64,000 nucleotides of DNA from Eledone cirrhosa (taxonomy: Eukaryota). Numbering within the stretch: position 1 is the first letter of the stretch; each line of letters begins with the position of its first letter. Positions 27,577-41,800 of the stretch are shown piece by piece. Both the position numbers and the translations under genes were made by a program. The stretch is from NCBI GenBank assembly GCA_964016885.1, contig OZ024750.1:5084001-5148000 (forward strand), written 5' to 3'. The notes below the pieces were generated by a model that worked only from the letters and a program-made list of their open reading frames with translations, was not told the origin of the DNA and ran no database searches.

Positions 27577-29770
27577 CTACAAAAGAATGAAAAAAAGAAA
27601 AATTCATAAATTTAAAATATAACCTATCAAGCATATGGTAATTCATTGTCCCTCTCCCTCCCATTACTATCATCATCATCATCCAGTTTTTGATTATGCG
27701 AGACCCAATTAACTCTTTAGCATTTAAACCGGCCATAACCGGCCAGAATTCTCTCACCCCTTTCTGTTCATATTGGCTGTAACCAGCTGCTTATATTGAT
27801 GTTAAGGCATTGATCTCAAAATAAATAATATCAAAATCTCAGATTCGATATTATGTAAGATAAAGCCTTTAATGCGAAAATACAATAGTAAATATAGAGT
27901 AATGTAAGTAGGGGTGGGTCCCACCTGACAGTAATCCTTAGTGTCCCTCCCCATGTGTTTCTGTCTTGCCGGTCTCACTTGGGTCAGGTCAAGCCTAGCT
28001 TGTTCCCGACAGACATCCTCCATCTGAGTCCTTTTTGGTCTTCCTGGGCCTCTGTGTGTGACAGCTCACACTTATGCAGGTTTAACTGGCCTCCTCCAAG
28101 GTATATCTCGTTGGAGGTGTCTTGGGTAATTTAATGATAGGGACCCCACTCCCTATCATCTCATTTCTACAACTGAGTAAACTGGAGCAACATGAAATAA
28201 AGTGTCTTGCAGGAAGACCAAAATGGACTCAGATGGAAGATGTCTGTCGGGAACAAGCATGAACCTCTACTGCCTCCTGGATCAACATTTACCACTTTGC
28301 TGATCCAGTCCTCGCTGTGTTCGACATGGCTGTACCAGCGCATGCATCTCGAGTGAAGCACATCTTAATAGATACAACAATCAACATGTAGCTACCATTG
28401 TTTCTCTTCTTCCAATTACTATCTGGTTCATAATAGGTACAACATCAACATGTAGTTACCATAGCTCCTCTCCCTCTCATACCATTCTATCACACTCCCT
28501 CTTCACATTTATACTCTCTCCTTTCACTTATGTCTTGAGAAAATGGAAATGATTTAGAGTAGAGAGGATTCTATTGCTAGGCAGAGGCAAGGCAACCTCT
28601 CCAGTGTTGGTTCTGCAATGAAATTCACCCATTAGCCTCTGTAAAATGGTTGGTGATAGGAAGGACAACCATCCAAAAAAATACATGTCAGAACTATGAC
28701 TAGTACAACTTACAAGAAAGAATGTTTTACTATGAAGAAAGCAAATTAGGGCTGGATGGTGAGAGAGAGAGAGAGATGTGGAGTATTAAAGATTACTTAC
28801 CGTTGTAGGACTTGATTTTATGCTAGAAATATGAAAAAATACTACATCTTCCCCAGCTATAATGTACGACACACCATAGCCATCATCAGCAACCTGGAGA
28901 GAAAGAAAATTATGATTAATAAACATACTTTTGTTTTGGTCCTTTAACTTTTAACATCCTGTAATGATTTAACAGGAAATATCTAAAAACAGATTTGTTG
29001 ATTCAGACAATTGTATAATCTTTGTGGAAACAACATGGCAGAATTATTAAGAAGTTCACTTTGTATTTATTGGGTCCCAGGTTTGATTCCACTGAATGGT
29101 ACAATGTGAAAGTGCACCAGAGTTCCAGGTTGACTAAAGCCTTGGGAGTAAAACTGAGAAGATGGAAATGATTTGGAAAACTGTGGGATGGATTGTATCT
29201 TTAATTCAAAGGGTCAGTCATATACTTACAGACTGTCAGATGTACTCTACCTTTATAAGGGCCAGTCTTATAAGGGTTCATATATCTGCAGACTGTCAGA
29301 TAGACTTTACATGTAATTCAAAGGGTCAGTTTTGTAAGGATACATATATCTGAAGACTAAATTCTCCAAATGTATTACAGCTATAGCTATGGGCAGAGGA
29401 ACCTCTCAAAAGTCAATGGCCAAGGTCAACAATTTTCTGAACTGTATTATTGCTAACATCTATAGACTTCGATAAAGGAACCTCTCTGAGGTCAATGGCC
29501 AGGATCTCCAAGTGTATTACTGCTATGGACATCTATATACCTAGCCACCATAGATCTCCTTAAGCTACCAAGAGATTTGAAGTCCTCAACTGTGGAGTGT
29601 TAGACAAAAGGGAATATTACATAGATTCGATACTTACTGGTCCAAAACCTCCTCCAGCTGATATATACTCGGGATTTTTATTCAAGTCCAACTTGTCCGT
29701 TTGTTGGAGCGGCGTCTGGAAGCATATACATATATATATATAGAGAGAGATATAACAGGCAGAGTGTGTG

Positions 29771-29830
<60 letters not shown>

Positions 29831-32800
29831 TATATACATATATATATATATATGCAAAAGGCAAACAGAAATAACATTTCAAACAGTGGGATAGCAGGAG
29901 ATATCATGTAACTTACCTGACTAGTAGAAAGTCGCCATGGTTCGCTTAGAACCTTATTCAGGAAAGGTGAGTCGACTTTAAGATACTTGGAGACAACATA
30001 AAGACAAAATAAATGTCTGTCTATACCATTGCCTGTCATAGCTTCCCGGTAACTGTTTTGGTGAATTCCACAAGCTCTCCGTAACAATTCCTCACATTCT
30101 GTTCTCTGGAAACGACAAACAATTTACTCTTATCATCAAAATATGATTTGTTATCATTTGTAATATGGAGTAATGTAAATGCTAAAGGGTTAAACTAGAT
30201 TCAATATCTTTGGAAAGTAAGAGGAGAAAAATTGACAGTAACATAAGAGTTAAAGTGTTTATATTTATCTAAAAGCCTATCATAATTTTATGTAAAAACC
30301 TTCGTTAAGTTATGCTCCAAACATTGGCTTATTAATGAAAAAGTTAATTATATTACTAAATCCCTCTAAATTCTTGATTATTTTCAAAATTAATTTAAAA
30401 AATCATAGCCAATGTCATTCATTAGCGATATGGTAAGAAAAAAGGTTATTAAAGAAACAATGATTATACCGGCACAGAAGGATCTTCCATTGCTTTAACA
30501 AACTCTGCCGATTCCACTGTACAAGAACGTACGGTCTCAGTCCTTCCTTCTCTGAACAGGCGAGTCATTGCAGATTCATATGTCAGAGAGAACTTATCAG
30601 CATCCTGAAACAGTGAAATCAAATTCATCATCATCATCACCATTGTCCTAACTTTTAACATCCTGAACCACATGGAACCACATTAGCAAGACATTCTTGA
30701 AATGTACAAAACACTAAGACTGAACCACATTAAAAATTGAAGTCTTTACTTTAATACCTCAAATTTTCACAACAATCTGTCTACCAGTAAAGATATTATA
30801 AACATTTCAAGTAACAAACTTATTTTTAGATATTTTCATTTTCTGCTAAACCATTACAGGATGTTAAGAATTAACATCTTGTGACTAAGTGGTTAGGGTG
30901 ATTGGCTTAGAATTATAAGGTCACGAGTTCAATTCTCAGTAGCATGTTGTGTTCTTGAGCAAGACACTATGTTTCACATTGCTCCAGTCCTCCATTCAGC
31001 TGGCGAAAGTGGGTTGTACCTGTACATCAAAGAACCTGCCTTGTCACATAAGTCTCACACTGAATCTCTCTGAAAATTACATTAAAAATACACATGTCTG
31101 TGAAACACTCAGCCACATGTATCATAATTTCACTAGCAGGTTGTTCTGTTGATTGAAACAACTGTAACATGTGTCATTGGTATTGATGGAGGTTCAATCT
31201 GATCTTTCTTAGCAGACAACCTCCAAAACATATGTTACTATAAATCTACAAACACTACTGCTTGTTTTAAATCGAGTTAGTATTGAAGATGGATGGAGAG
31301 ACAGACAGACAGACACACACACACACACACACAAATATGTCCCTACAATATTCTTCTTGTTCTTGCTCGATGAGACAGGGATCACTGACCTAAGTTGACC
31401 TGACGCATCATAGAACCGACAATGTCATCATCATCATTATCATCACCATCATCATTTAATGCCTGCTCCTAACAAAGTGTTCTGGGTGTATTTTATCATG
31501 ATACTAACACAACTCAGTAGTAATTTCAACTCATTGTTAAGTATAGTTTCTACAGCTGGATGCCCTCCATAACAACCACTTTCCCTGCTAATGAATGTTA
31601 TAATAGTAATTGTTTCTACTTTTGGCACAAGGCCAGCAATTATCCTAGTGCATTACTGGTACTTTATTTTATCAACCCCTTAAGGATGAAAGGCAAAATT
31701 AACCTTGGTGGCATTTGAACTCAGAACGTAAAGGGACGTAACTCTGTACTGCAAAGCATGGCGTCCGACCCTCTATCGATACTGCCAATCCACTACCCTA
31801 TGAATGTTATAACAGTAATGCCAACAAGTAACTTACTCTGTAGTAGGCAAGTTGTAGTGCCATCTGAATGTAAGCATCTGGACTGAAGTTATTTTGCTTC
31901 ATTAAACCTTTACCATATTGGTTGTGGACCAGAATATAAAGGTCAACATTGTTGAGTAGCTCTGTGGCGGCATCAACACTTTGCTGAATAATTTCTTGAC
32001 ACTAAACAAATAAAAAGAAAAAGAAACAAATAAAGAAATTGTCGTAAGAAGCGAACAGACTTACCTTTGCGTTTCTGTTCATATCTGAACCGAATTTACC
32101 TGCATGATGTTCAGCTGCTTCACGTCTGGCCAGAGAACATAGCAAAACTCACACACTCACTCGCACAGAAGTCACACATGGGTCCTGACTCACTTGCAGC
32201 TGAGAGACAAGGAGGTATATACTGCCCGTGCTTCATCCAATGTGACATCACTGGGCTCTCATTTCCAGCAAGACAACCCTTCACTCCTGACTATTTAGCT
32301 CCCACAGAAATTAATGACAGAAAAAAACAAAACTAAAAAACTAACTTTCTAAACTTAGAATGAAGGAGTCAGAATGTGTTAAAGTAAGCGCCATGTTTAA
32401 CCCATTTCATGACCATATTTCTAAAGAAACACTATTTCAATTAATTAAAGGGTTTCTAAAATTATTAATTATTTCATTATTAAGATAGTAACTTAATATA
32501 TGGTTCTTATATAAAATTATGTTAAAAGATTTCGATTTAAATAGGTATCTTTTATTTCAATTAATTAAGGAAGAATTTTTGAAGGATTTACTAAAATCAT
32601 TCCTTATTTCATTACTAAGATAGTATCTTAACATATAACATATATAAAATTATGTTGGAAGGTTTTTATTTAAACAGAAACCCTATATTACTAAATCCCT
32701 CCAAATTATTAATTATTTTCGAAATTATTTGAAAATTAGGGACAATGTATTTCATTAGAAAAAGTAGGAAAAAAAATGTATCACTAAAAAAGTAGGTTTT

Positions 32801-35800
32801 GTAGATTTATTTTGTTTATAAGGTTCCAAGCAATAATTAATTGCATTATATTATCTGTTTACATTTTCATTCTGTAAGAATTATAAACAATTTGTAACAT
32901 TATACAAATGTGAATAATTGTTTCTACTTTTGGCACAAGGCCAGCAATTATCCCAGTGTATTACTAGTACTTTATTTTATCAACCCCGCAAGGATGAAAG
33001 GCAAAGCTAACCTTGGCAGGATTTGAACTCAGAACATAAAGGGCCATAACTCTATGCTGCAAAGCAGGGTGTCTGACGCTCTACTGGTTCTGCCAATCCA
33101 CCATAATAAAAACTAGAAAAAGTCTTACATCATCTGTAATCTCCCACTCAAGTTTAATGGGGTTTGGCAAAGTTTCAATAAGGTCTCCTATAGTATGACC
33201 ATCGTCGGTGTATCTGAATAACAAATGACAAATTAGTAATCAAATGAAAATTAAAATAACGCGAAGTTAACAAATGTATAAATACAAAAAATACAAAAAC
33301 ACTTTTGACAAAATCAAAATTACTTTTTGGAAGATAAATTATGGTTTTTATTTCACAAATGGTTTAACTATTTAAAATAATTATCTTAAAAGAAAAGCAA
33401 GTATTTAAAAATACACTAACCCCTGTCCCCCTAAAAACAAAACAAAAACATTAACTCTTGAATATACTGTATATATTTCTGTATCAATTTTACATACAAC
33501 ATTTACAATGAACTATATATGTAGAATTGAGGTTTGGAGGTCCAGTATATATATATATGACAAAAAGTACCCAGTCCACACTGTAAATGTGGTTGGCGTT
33601 AGGAAAGGCATCCAGCCATAGAAAACCTGCCAGAAACAGTTCTACACGAGTGAGACACGGTCACTCGACCAATCTTGCCTCAAGTGGGACAAACCTGTCC
33701 AACCCATGCTAGCGTGGAAGATGGATGTTAAACGATGATGATGATGATACATGTATGTAAAAGGTAAACAGAAATAACAACACAATCGGTACAGTATATG
33801 GAAAGAATATATTAGGTTATGCTTGAAATAGCCACACTGTCATTTTACATAAAGTATTTATAATTTTCCATATATTTTCAGTTGAGGTGTTGTAGGTCCA
33901 ATAGATATATATAAAACTAGAATGTAAGACACAGACCCTGGTCCATTTAGTATGACAGTAACCCAAATTAAATACTGAGTCTATGGTGACCTATTCAATC
34001 TATGCTAGCATGGAAAAAGATACATTAAATGATGACGATGGTGAAAATAATTGTTTCTACTTTAGGCACAAGGCCAGCAATTACCCAGTACATTACTGGT
34101 ACTTTATTTTATCGACCCCGTAAGGATGAAAGGCAAAGTTAACCTCGGCGGGATTTGAACTCAGACTGTAACGGGACGTAACTATGCTAGAAAGCATGGC
34201 ATCCAACCCTCTACCGATACTGCCAATTCACCGATGATGATGAAAATAATGATGATGAAAATAATGATGATGATGAGTATCATCATCATCATCATCCTCA
34301 TCTTCATTTAATGTCCATCTTCCATGCTAGCATGGGTTAGTATGGTTAATGAAACAAAATAAGCAACAGTTTTCTGTACATTTTGGGGAGGGCTGAACAT
34401 GAAATTACATGGATTTGAGGTGAACTTAACCACATAGCCAACGCCTGCATCTTGCCATGCTTCCTTCATTAAATTTCCTCCTCTCCTTTCCAGCAGAAAC
34501 CTATAAAAGCTATGGCCAGTAGATTTCATTCACAGAACACATCAAGTGTTAAAAGTTTAAAATGTGGCATTACCCTTCTTCATTCGATACTTGCATGATG
34601 TACTCCCACAAATGACTTGTAACTGGTGCATCAGACCTATTAGAAGAAACCCCACAGTAGGGAGTGCATGGTGCAGGAAGTGATGCAGGTGCAGCCAGAA
34701 AATGGTGCAGGGTGCAGCCAGAAAGTGGTGGACAAACCAGAGGTAAAATGTGCAGTATATTTTTAAAGAAGATTACATTCAACGAAAGGTAAATTTATTT
34801 ACAAGTAGGTAGGTAGAAAGTAGATTATTTACAGGTAGGTAGAAAGTAGATTATTTACAGGTAGGTAGAAAGTAGATTATTTACAGGTAGGTAGAAAGTA
34901 GATTATTTACAGGTAGGTAGAAAGTAGATTATTTACAGGTAGGTAGGTGGTGGTAACAGTTTATATAAAAGGAGGGATAAACCAGACCAGACCAGGTGTA
35001 ATGGTCATTAGATAACAAAGGAAGACATTGGATAGGTAGGTTAGTAGGTAAATATGAGTTACGTTAGTAGATTGGTAAATAATTGAAATAAATAATTGTT
35101 TAAAGAAAAGCATAGGTAAGTATAAAACAATAAAATATTTAGTGGGTATGAAAGAGAGAGAGAGAAAGAAATAATAAATTGAAAGATAAAGTATTTAAAA
35201 CAAGCAAATAAGTTATAATAAGGATTATTTGAATGGATATCAACTACAACTATTGTTGTAATATCATTTAAAAATTTGTTTGGGGGATGGGGGACATATA
35301 ATAGAACAAGCGTTTTAAGGTAATTTTCCTGCTAAAGCTAGGGTTAGCTATTTGGGCCCCATCACAATCTTTATACACTGTGTCCATGTGTATATCTGGT
35401 GTTTAGAATAGGTACATTGTATCCTTGTATACATCTGGTGTTTAGAATAGGTACATTGTATCCTTGTATACATCTGGTGTTTAGAATAGGTACATTGTAT
35501 CCTTGTATACATCTGGTGTTTAGAATAGGTACACTGTATCCCTGTATATATCCAGTTTAGAATAGGTACACTGTATCCCTGTATATATCCAGTTTAGAAT
35601 AGGTACACTGTATCCCTGTATATATCCAGTTTAGAATAGGTACACTGTATCCCTGTATATATCCAGTTTAGAATAGGTATACTATATTCCTGTATATATC
35701 CAGTTTAGAATAGGTATACTATATTCCTGTATATATCCAGTTTAGAATAGGTATACTATATTCCTGTATATATCCAGTTTAGAATAGGTACACTGTATCC

Positions 35801-38800
35801 CTGTATATATCCAGTTTAGAATAGGTAGATAGTATCCCTGTACATATCTGGTGTTTAGAATACCATATCCTCTGCCTGACATAAGAGGTGATAAAAAGAG
35901 TTGATGCCAAGAAGGGCATCCAGCTGTAAAACATTGCTGCAAAAAGGAACCCATGATAAACATGGAGCCTTCCATGGGGCCAGCAAAACTAAACCCCTAC
36001 TTTAACTCAGAAAATTGCCTTAAAACATTTGTTTTATTGTTTAGTGTAGAATATAATAAGAAGAAACCAAAGAATTTAAAAAAACATACAAACAAAAATA
36101 AAGTTAGTATAGCTAAAAATCCAGTCCTGTGCGCTGCTATGATAAACAATAACCAAACCAATGTGCAACTAGTGGTTAGTGAATGTGTGCAAATGCACCA
36201 CAAGCATGCAGTGTGAGGGCAACCTCATGCAAGCCCCATAGTTAGACAGAGATATATTTCAATATGTGCAAAATAAAGTAAATGTCAGACAACTGGAAAT
36301 ATTTGCATACCCCACGTTTTCCATATCTTCACTGAGAATAAACTCCCAGAGATGCCCCATCACTGGAGCATCTGCCCTGAAACAACATATAATAATGATA
36401 AGGATTATCAGATTTCGTTTTGTTTTTTCTATTTACAGTGTTTTAAAGGCATGCTTATATAAAGTACCAGTTTCTGTTGAGTTGCAACATGACCCTTCCA
36501 CCAAACCTTTCATCAAACCATCACACACCAAACCTTCCACCAAACCATCACACACCAAACCTTTCATCAAACCACCACACACAAAGCTGTCCATTGTGCC
36601 ATCACACACGAAACCACATTAACCCTTTACCATACCATTTACATTACTCTACATTTACTATTGTATTTTCACAGTAAAGTCTTTACCTCATATAAATATC
36701 TCACATAATATCGAATCTATGAGATTGATATTATTTATTTTGAGAACAATACCTTAACATCAGTATGAGTGGCTTGTTCCAGCCAGTTTGAACAGAAAGA
36801 GGTGAAAGAATTCTGGTCACATACAGCTGGTTTAAATGCTAAAGGGTCAAACCATCACATACAAAACTTTCTATCAAACCATCAAACATTCCACCAAACC
36901 ATCACACAAGACTGTCCATCAATATAAAACAAACTTACCAAGAATGTTCGGCATTAAAACCAACCTAAAATGAAAAATAAAAATATAATTATTTTAAAGA
37001 ACTTAAAATCTATCTATTGTCTTGGGAATTCGTAGTTTAATGTGTTTACAAAATATAAATATTCTATGATAGATTTGGTTTTAAAATGTACCCAGCCTAC
37101 ATTGCAAAGCATTAGTACTTTTATTGTATTAAAATGCGCCAAGTACACATTGTAAAATGGTTGGTATTAAGAAGGTCATTTTATCACAACACAAGCGCTA
37201 CCGCTACACAGGCTTGACAGGGTGCATTTTATGTGACGCCAGTATTACCATTTTATAGCATGGCATGGGTTCATTTTATAATGACACCAGTATGACCACT
37301 TTGTGAGGGCATTTGGTTGTGGCACCAGCACTACCACTTTACAGGCTGGTTAGGTGTATTTTATTGTGGCACCAGCACTACCACTTTACAGGCTGGTTAG
37401 GTGTATTTTATTGTGGCACCAGCACTGCTACTTTACAGGCTGGTTAGGTGTATTTTATTGTGGCACCCACACTACCACTTTGTAGGGTGGTTGGGTGTGT
37501 TTTATCATGGAGCTGACATAATAATTTAATTACACACTACTATGGGGAATGTTGATGTTGCCTTCTAAAAGTATTTGAAGCAAGTTAAGGAGGCACTTAT
37601 AGCATTAGCATGGTTGAGAGCAAGGAATAGTCAAGCACCCACACCAGGAACATCACTTGATGCTTTAGTAAGGTAAGTTGATAGGTGTGGCTGAGGTGTT
37701 GGAATAGCTAAGCACCCCCACCAGGATCATCATTTAATATTTCAGTAAGTCAAGCTGTGTTAATAAAATAGGAAAAGTGTGGGTTATTTACCGTGCCATT
37801 TGAACAAACTACAAGTGTAAAAGACTTGTCAAACCAACGATCATAGCCTTTCCCATGAAGCATGGAATGACAAAATTTGTTTAATTCTGATGGGTTGAGC
37901 TGAAACAAAGTAAAATAGGAAAGTAAAAATGCAGTAAACAACTGTTATCAAACAGAATAGATTTGTGAAAACTGGGAAAAATACAAATACTTCAGTGGAT
38001 AAACAAAATATGTATTGCCATTTTTTTAGCATCAGAAAGAGGAGTTGTATTATACTTGAGTTATATTATACACAAAGAGACATAGTTGCTTAGAAATGTG
38101 AATAAATGTTATAGATGTTGATTAGAAATGTGAATGATATAGATATAGTTTAGACATGTGAATGATGTAGATGTTGGCTAGAAATGTGAATGATATAGAT
38201 GTTGGCTAGAAATGCGAATGATATAGATGTTGGTTAGAAATGTGAATAAATAGCAGAACTTACATCATCATAGCCCTGAGGTTCATCATCCAGTGTGACA
38301 AAAAATGCAGCCTGTTACATGAAGATAAATGCAGAATGTAGGATTATTACAAAACATAAACTATGCACACACACATATCGTCATTGTTTAACATCGTATT
38401 TTTCCACGCTTGAATGGGTTAGATGGGTTGTCCACATTTGAGAAAAGTCTGGCCAGTTGGCCATGCCATACCTTGCTCAGATGGAAGTGATTTTGGCTAC
38501 TGTTTTTAGCTGAATGTCTTTCCTTAACACCCACCACATTTACAATCTGCCAAACAAAAGATTGAGAGGCCTCTTCAGTTATATCAAGGGAATGTCAACC
38601 TCTCCAGTGTTGGAGATACAATAAAATATACCAAATACAGCCTGTAAAGTAGTTGGTGGTAGGAAGGATATCTAGTTGTAGAAAACCTGTCAAACAAAGG
38701 GTCAAGAGGACACTTCAGTTGTGTCAGAGACAGCTCTTTAATGCTGTTGTCACTAAAATACACTCAAAGTACTGTGTAGGGAGAGTACAGGAAGGTATGT

Positions 38801-41800
38801 TAAAGGCATGGAGGGATCTCTTTAGTCAGCCGGAGGTGAGTTAGTTTCCTGAATGGTGGTATTACAATAGAATGTATTCAATACCCACATACCCAGTGAA
38901 ACAGTGCAATAACAACCCATCAAACTCACATCAACCCATCAAACCTATACCAGCATGGCAAGTGGACATCTAATGATAATAAATAAAACAAATACAGAAT
39001 TTAAGATTAATTCAAAACATAAGCCAAACAAATAATGTTTCCTGATTTAGGAGCAGACAAACACAGCACTGTCCTAGTACTATAGTATGGATCTCACCTG
39101 AGCTTTGTAGTAGGTCATTAGCCTTTGTAGGTTGAAGTATTTTCCGGCCCCTGGGGTGAACGTATGAGACAGGAGGAAGACAGAGATAAACAACAAAACA
39201 CTGAACATTTTCTAGAAAAATCCTTTCCTATAACTGACCTTTTCAATAGCATCTAACGATGTTTTGTTTTTGCCTTTACTGAAGAATTCCTGCCGAGCTT
39301 TTGCCCAACTGACTCGATCAGAAGCTGTCAGTGATGCTAAATATTTCTCACCAGGACATGGTTCAGTCTTGCTGTTAACTATTTTTTCCAATGTTCTAAA
39401 ATAAAAAGAGAACTTTCTAAATTCTCAAATTCTATTAAATTATACGTCCAAGTTTAAAAATAAAAATAATGAAAAGTAAATGTTTTAAAGTTTCATTTTT
39501 TTTTTTTAGAAAAATACTGGAAAAAAATTATAAAAGAATAAATAATTCAACCAATTTAGAATCTAAAGATGAAACTGGTGGAGTTTATATTGTTTTTTGA
39601 CTTTAGTATTTTGAACTCTTCCATTTTTAATCATCATTAACATCTTCTTTCATGTTGTCACAGGGTTGATAGTCATTACAAACCAAATCAGTACTTAATC
39701 AGAACTACTGTCATCCTGACAAGTCAGAGGATCAGGTCTTGCTCAATATGTTCTATCTTTGGCATAGTTTCTCTGGCTAGATTGCCCTTCTTAACACCAA
39801 CCACTTAGAGTGTTGTCTAGAGAGTACTAGACAGTACTAGAGAGGTTGTCATGTCCTTGACACAACTGGAGAATCCTCTCAATCATGTGTTTGCCATTGT
39901 CTCTGTAGTTGTATGCTCTTCATAGCACCAACCACTTTGAGTGTATTTGGTGAATCATTGAATTACTGGTACAGCCCATCCAATGGGCTTCTATACACTC
40001 TCTCTCTCTCTACAGACACACAACAATTTCACTCACAAGGCTTAGGTTGACCCAAGGCTAAGGTAGCTGACACTTGCTCAAGATGCTACACAGTGAGAGC
40101 GAATCTGGAATCTCATAATTCAAAGCAAACTTCTTAACCATTTAGTTAGAATTTTGCATGAAGATGTTTAAACAAGAAAATGTGAGAATGAGGCTTAAAA
40201 GAAGTCACATGACTGACTGATATAAAAAAAATGTTAACTTACGATTCTATTTCTTTTGGTGTTAATAACCTTCCTCCGTGACGGATATAAACTTTAAAGA
40301 ACCGGCCTTTGTGGTAAACGGCTATGTGATTGCTATCTTTATTGTGAACAAGGGTATCTGGAAAGCAATGACAATATAATCATAACAATTATAGTAGACA
40401 GTTATATGGTTGTTGTCTGTAGTAAACAAAGGTATTTAGAAAAAACAATTATTAACAGTTTTCATACCAAACCACCTCAAAACACCCCTGGTTCTATGAT
40501 AGAAGCTGTATATTTTAAAGTAATTATATTTACCTAAAAACTTTCATCATAATGTTATGAAAGAACCTAAGTTAAGTTATGTCCGAAACATCAGCTTAAT
40601 AATAAGAAAATTAGTTAGATTACTAAACTATTGAAAACTCTTGATTATTTTCAAAATGTTTTGAAAATGAAAGGCAGTGTATTTCATTAGAAATATGGTA
40701 ATGAAATGGTTAATCTTGCTAATATGATTTCAAACATGCCTTTCAAAGGTCACATAGGCCATTCACCAACAATAAGTTTCCTTAGCATAGGAGCATGTCA
40801 AAGGTCTTCTCCAGATGTAAAACAGAAGGCTTTGTTCCTAGCCAAAAATATCTTAACTAACACAGTATCCATCATAATTGATGGCATTTATTGGACAAAA
40901 AAATTAATTTAATAATTCCTTGATTACAATATTCTATGTAAAGGATGTTTAAATCCTAAATTATCGTTGACCCTCTCTCTCTCTCTTGTCACAGATACAG
41001 ATATGATAATAGGATGATATGAGGATGAGATAATGATGATGAACATGATGAAGATGATGATGATATGATGATGATGATAATGAATAAAATCAATGAGGTG
41101 ACAACAAATGTTTCTTAATTCTCACCTGTTTCAATACCAGGAATTCTTGTTGTGTTAAATTGTCTTTCATATTGAGATGAACACAATGGAATCATTTTAT
41201 TCACAAAAATCTACAAAAATATAATATATATAAATATATATATTTTTTTTTTATGGCCTCTATCTAATAAATACCAACTTCTTTCATCTTAGTTTCTCGT
41301 ATTAATATATAGTTTTAATAAAAATAAAGCATTTAAACCGGCCGTATCCAGCCAGAATTCTCTCACCTCTTTCTATGCAAAGCAGCTGTAACCGGCCACT
41401 CATACTAATGTTAAGGTATTGTTCTCAAAATAAATAATATAAAAATCTCATAGATTTGATATCATGCAAGATAATTATGTGAGATAAAGTCTTTAAAGTC
41501 GTGAAAATAAATAGAACGTTTTTTGTGGGTTTTTTTTTTGTTTGCTTTGATTTTTTTGGAATGGTTAAAATGGCAGTTCAACAATGTAAATAAGCAATTA
41601 TTTCTCTAGAATTTGGTACAACTGTGTTAAAAGTTAAGATAGAAAAAGGAAGAATATTTACAACTACTTACTGGTTTTAATTCTTGTCTTTCCAAAGTTC
41701 TACGATAAAGCAACAAAGCATAGATGAGATTAGCAGCCCTGGCTACTTGAATAGGAGTGTGTTTTATTAAGACAGCATCCTGTAATAAAAATTTCATTTA

